Shown piece after piece: positions 35,201 through 49,200 of a stretch of DNA of 64,000 nucleotides. The first letter of the stretch is position 1; each line of letters starts with the position of its first letter. A model generated the notes under the pieces. It saw nothing but the letters and a program-made list of their open reading frames with translations, did not search any database and was not told where the DNA came from. Location: NCBI GenBank assembly GCA_001643675.2, contig LSRY02000011.1, forward strand, positions 868,001-932,000, written 5' to 3'. Position numbers and translations under genes: made by a program. Source of the DNA: Monocercomonoides exilis PA203. Its lineage: Eukaryota > Protista > Preaxostyla.

Positions 35201-36568
35201 TGGAAAGACGAAGAAGTCGCAAATGTTTTGAATTCAATTACAAAGATTAACATTTTCAAACACTTTGAATATGAGAAAAGTTGGTTCGTGTCCTCTCATC
35301 CAATTCCATTTTTGAAACAGATCTCAAATTCAACCCCAACACAAACCACACCAAGCATTTCAAGACAAATGGATAATAATACTTCTAAGTCTTCACAAGT
35401 CTTTTCACTTACGGCGACTTCCCCTTCTTCTTCATCATCGATCTCTTCAATTGTAACGCAGCAACATGTTTCAAATCAATTATTTCCAAAAAGCTCTGAT
35501 AGAATCTTATCAAATCAAGCTTCTACTTACTCTCCTGGCAAGCCAATAGACTTGACCGAAGATAAGCCCCCTTATATTTCTTCAACTTTATATTCTCATC
35601 CGTTTGTTTCAGCAACAACTTCTCTTTATGCCACTCCTCATTGGAGGGATACGCCAATTCCACTTTGTTTTTTCTTTAACACGTTTTTCTACCAGAAGCT
35701 TAGCAAAGGAGGCGAAGGGTACAGCTTTGATGCAGTGAAACGATGGACAAGAAAGAGGAGTGTGTTTTCAATGTATGAAAGAACACTGAAGTGGAATGAC
35801 TGGATTGGAAAGACACGAAAAAGGATAAGAAAAATAAATATTCAAAGAAATGATGACAATTCTGAAAATGAGACACTCTCAAATACTGAAGAATACAAAA
35901 ATGAAAAACCATTAAACAGAAAGATGGATTCTCAATTTTCAAAAAAGAAAGAATGTAAAGAAGAAAACTGGAGAACAATGTGCTGGACATTTGATAAGGT
36001 GATTATTCCTGTGTATCTTTCGTCACATTGGACACTTTGTGTTATTAATTTGCGTCTTCAACAATTTGAATATTTTGATTCACTGAAAAAGAATGGGGAG
36101 AAAGTGGTTGGAGTTATCAAAAGATGGGTTGCTGATGAAATTGCAGATAAGGGAATTAAAGTGTGGAGGAAAGCATCCTCAAAGAGAAAGCGTATGATTT
36201 CTGAAGATGAGAAAGAAAGCCATCATTTGAAGAGTAATGAATTTGAACACAAAATTACTGAAATTGAAAGCGATAGCAGTTCAGAAAGTGAAGACTCAAG
36301 CAACAGTTCAAATGATAGCGATGTAATTTTTGAAGAAGTTATGGGTGAAGAAGGAAAGAAAGAGATTATTAGAGAGGTCATCAACTGGCCACTATTTTGT
36401 CCATCGAATATGCCAAGGCAACAGAACAGTTCAGATTGCGGTGTGTTCCTTTTGTTAAGTTGTGATTGCGTTCTGAGGAATGCGCCATTAATCTTTGGAC
36501 AAGCAGCAATCAGCAAAGTTAGGGATGAGCTTATTAAATTGCTTTTAAATCCAGATTCTGAACTTTAA
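32214..36568 (+). CDS. ULP1: Ulp1/SENP-family SUMO-specific cysteine protease (peptidase C48) with large low-complexity insertions
   Basis: GKWLNDEVINYVL, FFFNTFFYQKL, VKRWTRK, KVIIPVYLSSHWTLCVINL (His), YFDSL (Asp) and PRQQNSSDCGVF (Gln, Cys). Probable short first exon from ATG 32214 spliced into the 32453 frame. Confidence 0.88.
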
Positions 36569-36874
36569 TGCTTTAACAAAATTATGAAAAATATTTAGGT
36601 TTTATTTTAAACATTATAAACATTGTATTTAAAGGAAACAAAATTTTTTTTAAAGCAACCGCTTATTTTTGTAAAATTTGAGAAAATAGAAAGAAATGCA
36701 AAATACTTTTTTTTTGAAATACAAAAATGAAGAGCGTTGACATTAAACTATGAAACAAGATAAATAACAATTGAAGTGGTTCGAATACAATAGTGAAATA
36801 AACATAGCTTATAAAACAAGAAGCTAAAAGAGGATAAAACACATCAATAAAAATTAAGATTTGAAACAACTCTA

Positions 36875-39800
36875 TTACAAGTTCAATACGAACTCGTCGT
36901 CAATTGCATCATTCTCTCTCTCTCTGAGCTCCACCTCTCTTTCTTTTGCTCTTTCCTTGTCCATGTCTCTAAGAGCAGTCACAACTCCAACGGCAGCTCT
37001 GTTTGTTCGAGGACGAATCCAGCTTGTGGACGGCGTTGAGAAGAATGTGGAAGTCGCTAGTGTTTCTACATCTGACAGGAAATTCGGCATAAGACCTGGA
37101 GAATCACGGCCAAACGGAGACGAGAAAAACGAATTGAAGCCCATCATTTCAGGAAAGCCAGGAGTTGCAGAGCCAATCTGAACGGCTGACAAATCTCCTT
37201 CCCTTCCAAATCCAGGAATTGTTGAAATAGCAGGTGGGATCGCATACTCACCCAATCCGAGCTCACTTGACGTTGGGAGATTGAAGCGAGCGATGAGGGA
37301 CTCAGAGGAATTTGTCTCAGAAAGCGAGAGATGATCAGAGGGAGGAGGAGGCTGCGGAGGTTGAACAGCAGGCTGAGGTGGCGCTTCTTCCACTTCATCT
37401 GCTGGGTCCATCACAAACGGGCGACCGAACCGAGTCTGGAAGGTCTCAATAAGTGAAGGCTGCTGCGGGAGAGGAGTGGGACAGGGCGAAGGTGCAAGAC
37501 CCATTGGAGATGAAGAGAGTGTGAGTGTGGGATACGATACTGTTGGAGAAGCAGTGATCCGAAGCTTTCCAACGCTTGAAGCAATTGATGGATGTGTACC
37601 GAATGCAACAGCAGATGGGAAGAATGTGAGGAAGCCTTCGCACACTTCAGCGATGAAGTGGCAGACTTGCCGGCGCATCCATTCCATATCCCACTTCAAC
37701 GAGCAGCTGGGTGGGAGTGTGGAGAACAAAAAAGTGCATTCCTCAAACTTGTCTGGACGATAGTGCTCTTTTTTCTTTTCTGTTGATTGTTTTTCCTCCT
37801 CTTTTTTCTGCTCTTCGTTTGATTCCATTGTTTCATTCTTTTTGTTTTCAGTTTCGTTTTCTTGCTTTTCATTATTTGTTGTTTTTGTAATTGATTCTTG
37901 CATTGATGATTGCTGATTATTTAATGCACCGTTGTTATTTTGCATGGAATTAGTCTCAACAAGCTTTACATTTAAATTGTTATTTGTTGGATTTAATGAA
38001 ATCATTGGATGAGACAAACTTGGATCTGACGCAAGAGAAGGTGAAAGTGCATAAGATGCAGACGAAGGAGCGTTTTCAGCAATTGAACTGACAATTTTAT
38101 TTGAAGATTGAGGAATAACTTTGTCGAAAAATGATTGATTAGGCCACAAAGAAGATGACGTTGACTGAGTGAACACCTGGTTGTTTGCTTTTGGCTCATT
38201 TGAAAGAGATTTTGAAGAATTTGAAGGAAAAGATGATGTTGAAAGAACTGTATTCTGATTTTGAGGCTGTTGAATTTGAAAAGACGGAACGGGGTGCTGC
38301 TGCGAAATCACACGAAATGAAAGGCTGCTAAATGCAGAAGGCGAACGAGGAGGTGAAGGAGGATCAATAAATCCTTCTGATTTTTTGGAGTTTGTTGAAA
38401 AAGAAGAGGAAAGAATTGTTTGAGGAGAAAAGTTTGTGGGAAGAGAAGCTGAAAATGAAGAATTCGGAGGAGTGGGAGTTGTCAGTGTTGAAGCAGGTGA
38501 AGAGAAAGATGAAAAAGCAGAAAAAGATATTGCTTTAGAAGGAGGAGATGATAAAGAAGGCTCAGATATCAATGAAGAAGGAGATGACGACGACGATGAA
38601 GAAGATGAAGAAGAGGAGGCAGAAGAAATAATTGGTGAGCTCTTATAAACAGAAGTCACTCTTTCAAGTTCAGCTTTCATTCTTTCTCGCTTTTGCCTTA
38701 TCAATTCCTGCTTTTTTGTATCAAGTCGTTTTTTCCTTTCCTCTTCTCTCTTCTTCTTTTTCCTTGCGCTTCTCCTTCTTTCGTCCATCTTCATTATTTT
38801 GTTCTTCAGTCCAACATACACCGCTATCATTGTGTCAGCCATCAAGCTCTCCTTCTCAGCTGTTGTGGCTGCACGTGCAATGAGAGGCGTCATCGATTCC
38901 GGAAGCGGCGTCGCCTGCTCCTTTCTGGTTGGAATAGGGCGTGTGGAGAGAGGAGGCGTGGGAGGCGTGATGGGTGTGGTGGCAGTGGCAAATGTCGATA
39001 GTTGGTTGAGTTGTGCTGTTGTTGGACGGGGTGGAACAAGTGGTGGTGGCGCCTTTGGGTGATTTCTGGATGAGCCCTGGACGAGTGCTGTGAGAGGCAT
39101 GCAAGAGACGCAGCTTGAATTTGTTTGAAGAGAGAGGCGTGAATCAGGACGCATGCTTGTATACGAACTAGCATATGAACGCATATCATCATCGTAATTG
39201 CTGATGCGATCATCTTGTTCTTGTTCATGTGAGTCAAAGCCACTTGTTTTGCTTTGTTTGATCTCGTTGTTCTTTTTGAAGTCAGATTTTGTTTCGTCTT
39301 TGCCTTTCAATTGCTGCTGTGTGCTTGTACTTTCAGCCAATGATTGTGCTTCATCGTCACTTTCGTCCATTGCCTCTTCAGGTATTTGAGACAGTCTGAG
39401 TGAAGAGAATCGGAGGCTGCCGCTTTCGTTGTCTCTGTTCTTGTTTGGTCGAGGAAGAAAAGGGGATGAAAGAGAAGAAACAGAAGTCGTAGGAGAAAGA
39501 GGAGGAGGGGAAGAAGACGAGTCTACAAAGGGAGACAGATTCATTTTCGGTTCATTTGGATCATCCAGGTCTCCATTTTCGATTGATTCCTCCATTTCTC
39601 TGATTTGCTCCTTCTCAAATGCTTCTTCTTCTGCTATTTCGTCTTCTTCTGGAATGTATTTGTCTTCATAGTTGTAGTCACATTCTTCCAATGTTGACTT
39701 TCTCTTCCATTTGTCAAATGTTTCCAGAGCATCAGCAGAAGCAAATGAGATGAAAGAAGGAAACATTAATAGTGGATCTTCTTCTTTCTTCTTCTTTTCT

Positions 39801-42800
39801 TTGTCTTCTTCTTCCTCTTCCTCCTCCTGCTCATCTTCTTTCTTTTTGTTGCTTTTATTCTGGTTGTCTTGCTCGTTCTTCTCTTCCTCATCATCCACAT
39901 ATTCATCACTTGATGAATCTGATTCCTGCCAATAGATGTCATCCACAAGTGCATTAGGAGCATCCAACAGTTGATGCAACCTCAACTGCTTCATCAGTTG
40001 TTTATGTGCTTTCTTCTTCTCTCTCCTTACCTCCTGTTCATACAACCTCTTTTTGATCCGCTCTAATTCCTCCAATTTCTGCTTCCTTTTCTTTTCCTGG
40101 ATGATCTTCTTCTCAATCTCTAAGGAATGCTCTCCGTGCAGACAGCTCATTGAAGCTAATAGAAGGCCATCTGCCAACCGCATCATGTCATCGATAATCT
40201 CAAATCTGTCAAATTGATTGATGAAAAGCGATTTGAGAGGATGTGGATGAGGAGAAGGGAAGTGCGATGAGAGAAGCCCAACAAGTTCAGGCGCATGATA
40301 TGCAACTGCCAATTCAGCAGCAGAAGAAGATGAGGAAGAGGAAGAGGAAGAGGAAGAGGAAGAGGCTGAAACCTGATTTTCATTTGCATTTGACGCAGCT
40401 GCATTGCCTTGTGCAAGTGGAACATTAGAGGGAGTTTGAATTGAGAGATTTGATTGAGTAGAAGGAACTTCTGACTGAGTGTTCATATTTGCTGAAGAGC
40501 TTGATGCATTTTTCTCATTTCCTTCCATTGACTTGTTATTATATGTATTGTTTTCGTTATTGCCATCATTGACAATTCCATTGTTGTCAATATTCCCACT
40601 GCTATTTCCATTGTTTTCTAGAGTTACCATCGAATTTGCTTTGTCTGGTTCAGAGTTTGTGCTGTTTTGATTGATTGAACTTATCTTTTCAGCGTTTTCC
40701 TTTGACTCAATTTCTTCTTGAACAATCTCCTTTGCCACTCTCTCTTCATTTCCATCTTCTATCAAATTATTTGACTTCTCTTCTGAATTTGTTTGTTGCA
40801 TTTTGCTATCCTTTATGATCACTTCTGAAGAACCATTGCTCGAAGAATTCGAAGACATCTGCACAGAATTGTTGGAATTCGACTCAGCAGCTGAAGAATC
40901 TGACTGAGATGCTGCTTTGTTGTGATTCTGTTTCTGGCTGTTGTGAATGACATTATTGTTGTGGTTGTGAGAAGGAGGTTGAACAGAAGCAGGAGCTGGG
41001 TTGTTGAGTGGAGGGAGTTCGGGTGTTGGGGCATTGAAGATGTCGTTGTTCTGATCATCTTCATTTGCATCTGTGGTGGACTGAGCCAGCGAAGAACGCG
41101 GCAAAGCAGACGAAGCAGCACCAGATGCAGTAAAAGACGAAGAAGACGAAGAAGAAGGTGCTGCAGTTGAGGAAAAAGCAGTAACTTGAGCAAATGCAGC
41201 GTATGTTGGTGGCTGTGTGTCAGGAGAGTGCTGAATGTTTGCCCTTCCACCCGGAGACGTGAATGAAGACGTGGCTGTCTGCTGCAGCTCGTCAAACTCA
41301 GCCGATGCCGAAGAGCTCAGCTGCTTCCGCCGCGACATTGCAAACGGAGTGAAGTTGCGTTTGGAGCGCGAGGCGATTGGGATGATCGGCTTAGGCGATG
41401 GAAGATGAGTGGAAGAGATGGTTGTGCGTGGGGCTGGTGGAATGACCTGATTCAAATAGGAAAGATTGCTCATGGGCTGAGTTGGTGCAGGGGGATGTAG
41501 TGAAAGAGGCGATGGATGTGGCTGTGAAGAAGCCGAAACAGAAGACGATGAAGAGGAGGAAGTTATCACGACTCCTGGTGCTGATGGGGAAGATGAAGCA
41601 GAAGCATAAGCAGACGCAGAAGCAGATGCTGAAGACGAAGTTTGAGGAAGTTGTTGCACTTGAAGAGAAGCTGATTGCTGATTGGTTTCAGTTTGTTTTT
41701 GTTCATCTGATTTTGTAGGATCTTCTGTTGAAGCTGAGGATGATACTTCAACATTTGTAGAGGCAGTCACAGCAGCTGAAGAAGAAGATGGTTGTTCTGC
41801 TGATTGAATATTTGTAGCATCAGATGAAGACGAAGCAGAAGCAGAAGCAGCTTTCTCCGCAGCCTCCTTTTCAGCCGCTTCCTTCTCAGCAGCAGCCTTT
41901 TCCGCTGCCGCCTTCTTCTCCATCTCCACTTTCCGTCTTTCCTGTGCCTTCATCTTCTCCTCTCTCTCTTTTGCTCTGATGATGTCGCACACATCCTTCA
42001 AGTTGAGGGAGTTGAGGATGTAGTGGTGCTCCTGCATAGCCATCGCTGTCTCCGGAATCTCAATCGGCACTCCGTTTTTGTCTTCAATCGCATCCACTTT
42101 CTTCCTCAGAGTCGCCAACTGCATCGCAACTGTGTCTTCCTCTGGCACATACGTCGCCTTGCCTGAGCGTGGCACTGTGCTCAGCTCGCCAAAGAAGCCG
42201 TCTCTGCCAGAGTCAATCACAGAAAGAGAGGTAGGCACGTCTGGATTGTCCAGAATGTCCTCTGCAGCCACTTCTAAGAAGTAGGATGGCATTGTTCTGT
42301 CGCCCAAGATGACAAAGTTGGTCAGATAGCAGTCGATGTCTTCTTCTGACTCCAGTTGGATTTCGGTTGAGAGAAGCGGCTCGATCGGCTGAGTGGGCGA
42401 ATAGACATCACGCATTGAGAGTGTCTCTGAAGAGGGAGAGGGAGAGGAAGAAGAAGAAGAAGAAGCAGATGAAGATGAAGAATTAATGTCAGGTGTAGCA
42501 GCGACTGAATCAGAAGAAGAAGAGGAGGAAGAAGAGGAGGAAGGAGATGATGATGACGATGACTGCTGAGCCGCTTGTGGACTCAGAGGAACAGGTTGTT
42601 CTGTTGCAGTTGCTGAATGAGCAGATGAATTAGATGAAATGTTTGGAGAAGGAGAAGGAGAAGGAGAAGATGCAGAAGAAGGCTGTTGAAGAGAAGGAGA
42701 AGACGATAAAGCAGGCGTTGATGTTGGAGTAGTTGTGCGGTGCATAAGTTGAGCAGAAGGAATAATGGTGTTATTCTCAGAAGATGAAGATGAAGAAGGA

Positions 42801-43221
42801 GAAGGAGATAAAGGTGATTGAGTATTTGAGTTTCCCTGTGAAGGATATTGTGAGAGGGAAGCCTGAGGCGGAGGAGGTTGAGGTCTGTTTGCTGTTGAAG
42901 AAGCAGCAGCAGAAGAAGAAGCAGAAGTTGAAAGAGAAGGAGAAAGTGAGCGAGTGTTCTGTTGTAACTGTTGTAAGTATTGTTGTTGTGAGATAGACTG
43001 AGGAGGCACAGGCTGTGTATGCAACTCCTTTGACTGCATCTGCTGTGCTGGCTGTGCTTTTTGTGTCTGCTGTTTCAGTTGTGTCATTTGTGTCTGTAGT
43101 ATTTGTTGTGATTGAGCTGTCTGAAGTGACTGAGGTGGCTGAGATGATTGAGATGATTGAGTAGGCTGAAGTGTTTGTGTGCTCTGCTGTTGAGATGCAG
43201 CAGATTGAGTCTGTGGAGAAG

Positions 43222-43252
<31 letters not shown>

Positions 43253-46200
43253 GGAAGAGGAAGAAGAAGATAGAGAAGGAGATGAAGACTGCTGCACGGA
43301 CTCCGGACTCAGAATAGGGATGGGCTGTATGGCGACAGGGGGAGTGTATGATTGAGGCGGGAAAGGAGATTGAGAGCGCATCTGCATGTGCATCTGCACC
43401 TGCATCTGAAGCTGCCGCTGCTGCTGAAGAAACTGCTGCTGATACTTCTGCTGCAGCTCCTGCTCTTTCTTCAGCTCGTCCTCTCTTTTCTTCTTCCTTC
43501 CTTCTCTTTCTCTGAGTATGACTGTCTTCAGCTGCTGCATCTCTTTCAGCTGGATGTTCTGAATCGTCTTCATCTGCGCCAAATGCTCCACAACCAGATC
43601 GTCGTGCTGCTGCTGATGTTTCATCTGTAGTTTGAACAGCTCTGGGTTGTCCTTGTTCTCATCCAGCTCAACCTGCTGCTTCTCCTTCAGCTCTGTCATC
43701 TTCTGCACAAATACCTCCTGCAGCGAAATCTGCTGCTCCTGATGCTCTATATGCAGCTTCCGTGTGCGCGAAAGATGCTTCGGCTTCTGTTTCTGTTTGT
43801 CCTTTGGCTCTTTCTCTTTCTCTTGCTGTTCTTTCTGCTCTTTGCCTCCTCTTTCTTCTTCGTTGCCTTCTTCATTTTCTTCTTTGTCTTCTTTCTTCTT
43901 TTCCTTCTGATTTTGAGTGTCTGGAACCAAATGGAGTGCCTGCTGCTGCTGTTGAATGAATGTCTGTTGTTGCTGGAACATCCACAGCTGCTGCTGAATA
44001 AGCACAATTTGCTGCTGCTGCTGTTCAGACGTGAGAGAAGGGTGTGGCTGTGCCAGCTGCTCCAGCTGCGTCTGCAGCTCAGCCATCTTCGCACTCAGCT
44101 GCTGTTGATAGTCCTGCTGCTGCTGCTGAAGAGCGTTTCTTCGCTTCACCAGCTCTTCTCTCTGCTTCTTCCATGCTTCGTATCTTTCAGAGTCCTGAGA
44201 TTCCTTCACAGAAGAGTAGAGGAAGTGATGGTGCTTCAGCTGCAGTTGCACTTCTCTCTGCCTCAACATCAGCTGCTGTTGGAAGAGAAGCTGCTGCTGC
44301 TGGTGCAGTCGGAGCTGCTGTTGATACAGTTCTTGTTGTCTTCTCCATTCTTCCTCTCTTCTCAGACGAAGCTCTCTTTGCTTCGCCTCTTCCAGTCTTC
44401 GCGCCTCCTCCAGTGTGTTCATCCGGAACATCCCGTGTGTCTGTTGCATGTTCTGTTGATTGCTCGCATTGCCAGACGAGCTCAACGGCGACTGCTTCAT
44501 CATCATCTGCTGCATCTGCATCTGAAGCGCCTTCTGCCTCTCAATCATCTGCTGCTGAAGATGCAGTTGCTGCTGCTTTTGGAGCTCCAGTTGCCTTTTG
44601 AATGGATCTTCTTTGGCTTTTCCTTCTTCATTGCTTGCGGAAGGCTCTTCTTTCTTTTCTTCTTTTTCTTTCTTCTCTTCCTCTTTTTTGTTTTCTTCTT
44701 TCTCTGTCACATTGCTTTGTTGTTGATTTTGTGGTGATGCTGAAGGTATATGCGATTGAAAAGAAAGTTGCTGCTGATGCTGCTGCTGTTGTTGAATATG
44801 CTGTTGTTTTGCCATCATCTGCTGTTGCATCTGCATTTGAAGTTGTTTTTGTCTCTCCAACATTTGCTGTTGAAGTGCTTGCTGTTGCTTTTTGATCTGC
44901 TGCTGATACAATTCTTGTGTCGTTTGAACTTTCTTTTCATTCGAATTCAAATTTGAATCTGATTTTGGCTTTTCTTCCTCTTTCTTTTCATTGTTCTCTT
45001 TTGATTGAAGAGTCTCAATATGTTTTGTCTGCTCGTTTACTGTAATATTTTTCGTTGCTTCTTCATTTTCTTTATCCTTTTTATTTGTTTCATCTCCATT
45101 TTTCTCTTTCTCTTTCTCTTTTTCCTTTTCTTTCTCCTTCTCTTTATTCATTTTAGTTGCAATAAGCAATGAAGGAGCAGGTCTGTCTTGAATGATGTCT
45201 TGAGACGGCTTCAGCAGCATCTGTTGCAAACGACGCTGAAGTTTCAGCACTTTTTCCTGCTCTTTCTTTTGCTCAGCTTCTGTTTTCTCTTCTGAATGTG
45301 ATGAAGTTTGTGGTTGACCCAATTGATGTGTTGTCTGGTTTTGTAGGAAAGACGATGAAAGAGCAGTTGCTGAAGCTGATTGAGAAGGAGAAGGAGAAAG
45401 AGATGGAGATGAAGACAGCGAAGGAGAGGAAGAAGAAATGAGAGAAGGAGAAGTTGATTGATAAGGAGCATGAGCAGGAGAAGGAGAAGAAGAAGAATTC
45501 GAATGCAAAGGAAGAGGAGAAGGTGAGAGAGAAGGCGAAGATGCAGTTTGCAATGTTGGCTGCTTTTGTTGCATCAGCTGCTGATACTTCTGCTGCATCT
45601 GCATTTGAAGCTGTTTTTGCTTCTCAATCATTTGCTGTTGAAGTAATTGTTGCTGTTGAAGTTGAGCTTTCTTCATTTGCTCTTGAATTGTTTCTTTATT
45701 ATTCATCGTGTTTGATTCAGATCCATCTTTTGCTTCGATTGCCTCTTTTTGTTGCAATTCTTGAGCATTCTGCGTTGTTTGAACAATATTTGTCTGATTT
45801 TCATTCTCTTTTTCATTCACTTCTTTGTTTTCTCTTTGTGATTGTGCTTTATTCATCCGTGTCTGCATCTGCATCATCAGCTGCTTTTGTCTCTCCATCA
45901 TCTGCTTCTGAAGGAGCTTCTGTTGTTCTTGCTGTATTTGGAGCTGCCTCTGAAATGCATTCTCTTTTGATTCGTTGGACATTAAAGAGCTTGATGAATT
46001 TATTGATTGTTTTGAATTTGTTGCATTTTGTTGCATCTTTTCAGTATCATTTGTTTGATGCTGTTGTTGAACAAGACTTGTATCTGTTGTTTCTCTCTTA
46101 TCTTCAAGTTTTTCTGGTTTGCTTTCTAATTTGTCATTCTCTTTCTTTTCTTCTCTTTCATCTTCTTTTTCCTTTCTCAGCATTCTTTTCTTTGATTCAT

Positions 46201-49200
46201 CGATTGTTGGATGATGTGAATCCAATGAAAGAGCATTGGCTGAATGTATCATCAATGAATGCACATGGTTCTTTCTGTGTTGATGTCGTTCTTCTTTTGA
46301 ATCAGCTGGTGAAGAAGTAGAAGATGTTGATGATGAAGGAGAAAGAGGAAGAGAGGAAGAGGGTGATGAAGACAAAGGAATCGGAGCTGGTGAAACAGAA
46401 TTTGAAAGTACAGTTGAATTATGTTCTCCATCATTTTCAGTTTTTTGTATTTCACCTTCCTTTTCTGTTGTTACATGCTTTTGATTCTGCACAAGTGATT
46501 GTATTGATTGGTTAGGTGTTTTCTTCATTTGTTGCATCATCTGCTGCTGAAGAAGAGCCTGTTGCTGCATTTGAAGCTGCAGTTGCTTTTGGTAAGCATC
46601 TTGCTGCTTTTTCAGCTGTGCTTCTCTCATTCCCATCAACACACTTTGATTGTTCGCTTTTAGGTTTGTAACTTCTTTTTGGGTATCATTTTTTTTTGTT
46701 TTTTGTAAAGTTTCTTGTTCTTTTCCAACTGATTCATTCGGTTTGTTTTGTTCTTCTCTTTCATTCAGCTTTGATCGATTGCGAATGTGCAGCAAATCAT
46801 CATTGTCATCAGTTTTTGAAATTGTGTCTTCTGATTCTTCACTTTCTTTCTCATCTTTTTCATGACTAATTGCCGAATTGGGTTGAGGCAAAGAAGTTGA
46901 TAAATGTGTTGGAATTGAAGACTGTTGAGCTAAAATTTCTTGCTCATTTGAAGTTATATCTTTCTTTTCATTCTTCTCTTGAGTATTCAAATGCTGTGGC
47001 TGTAATTGTATTTGTGACGGGGTGTTCATTTGTTGAGTGCGTCTGTTCATCAACAGCTGCTGCTGTTGTTGTTGTTGCATTCTTTCTTTCATTTGCTTCT
47101 GCATCTCCATCTGCTTCTGCATCATCTGCTGCTGAAGAAGTTGCTGTTGCTGTTGAAGATGCATATTAAACGCATTTTGAGTGTTTGGTTTTTCCTTCTG
47201 AGATTTGGATTCAGAAAGCAAAAGTGGATTTTTCGCTTTCTCCTCTTTATTTTTGTCAGCAATATCTTCTTCTTTAAAACCATCTTCTTTTTTCTGTTCA
47301 TCATTTATTGTTTCAATTGTTGTATCCAGCAATTTCTTATCTTCAATTCCATCTGGTCGCTTTTGCTGTGAACTTTCAGTGCAAACATTGTTCTGTAAAC
47401 TATTCATTGAAGTATTCTGTGAATGCATTTGAGAAGAAGCCAACTTCTTCTGTTGATGGAACAGCTGGTATTGTTGGTATTGTGAGTGCTGAGTAGCTGA
47501 TTGTTGTGCCATTGACATCTGCAGCTGCTTCTGCCTTTCCATCATTTGCAGTTGAAGCGTCTTTTGTTGCTGCTTTTGGAGCTCAAGTTGCTTCAAATAC
47601 TTCTCTTGCTGCTGTTTTATCAGATTCTCTTTCATTTCTTTTGCTTTTTCTGCGTTTTGAGCATCTAATGATTTCTTGTTTGATTCAATCTGTTGTTGTT
47701 CATGCATTAACATTTGTGCATGTCGAAGATTCGATTCATCTTTTTCATTTATTTCATTTTTGAAATCACTTTTAACCAATTGAGCAACAACTCTTTGCTC
47801 TGATTTTTCTTCTTTGGATTCATCCTGCTCTTCTTCCTCTTCTTCTTCTTGTTCCTCCTCCTCACCATCTTTCTCTTCGATTTCATCCATTTTATTTTCG
47901 GTATCATCTTTCTTCGAAATAGTTTCTTCATTTTCCTGTGAATGTGCAATATTCCCCTTTTCCTCATTATCTTCAGGTTTCTCTTCTGTTTGCTCTTCTT
48001 CCAGAAATGCTTGAAACAAATCATAAGGTGCTCGAAATGCATCCACCTTTCTATGTTTTGCTCCTTCCCTTTCTGTTTCTGTATTTAATGATTGAGGAAT
48101 TGGAAGAGGAAGAGGAGGCAGAGGAGGAACAATTCGTTGACGATGCTGTGTAACTTGCTGATGTTGATCAATATCAACATTTGCATCCTCTTCTGTTACA
48201 AATGAAAAAGTATCTGTTGATGAACGAAGAGATGAAGCTGATGCGTCTTTGTGGAGATACGAATTTTGATCTTCTGAGTCCAATTCATCTTTTTCTTCGC
48301 GTTCTTCCTCTTCCTCCTCCTCCTCTTCTTCTTTGTCATTTTCGTTTTCGCTATCATTTTCGTCTTCTTTGTTTTCATCTTTCTCCGTTTCCATCTCAAC
48401 TTTTTCACTTTCTTCGAAATCCTTTCTTAACTTTTCCTCTTCCAATAATTGTGGAGCATTCATTGAATTCTGTAAAGTTTTGTCTTCTTCAATATCTTCA
48501 TTGTTCTCATGCAACGACGATGATGAACTTTGTTCCTTTCCCAGTAAATCTGGTTGCAAACTCTTATTATTTTCATTCTCCTCTTTCAAAATACCATTCA
48601 TTTGTGTCGATTTCGTTGCTTTTGCTGTCAAAAGAGGTGTTGGAGGTGATTTCTTCTGCCTTTGCTGTTGAAGCTGCTTTGCATACAAATCTTTCTGTTT
48701 TTGCAGTTCATTCTCTTTCCTCAAATCATTTTCCTCTTTTTTTAAATCAACATTTTTATTCGCTTCTGACGGAATCTTTTGAATGAATTGTGATGTTTGT
48801 GGCTGAAGTGATGAAGAATGCAGCTTTTGTTGGTATTGCATCATCATCTGCTGCTGCATCGCTTTCTGCTTTTCCTTCATTTGTTGCTGCAAAAGATGCA
48901 TTTTCTGTTGTTGTTGTTGTTGTTGTGATAGACTTGGTGTTTGTTGGCTCAAATGATTGGGCAATGAATCGATAGAAGGAGGAGGAGGAGGAGGAGAGGA
49001 GGAAGAAGAAGAAGAAGATGCTGATTGAGAAGTGGAATTCGAATTGAAAGTGCAAGATGAAGATAAAGAAGTTGTGACAACAGAAGGGTTGGGTGTTCTT
49101 GGATAAGAATTAGATGACAAATGAGAAAGAGAAGAAGAAGAAGAAGAAGATGATGATGATGAAAAAAAATCTTGTTGTGAATGAGAAAATGAATTGTCTG

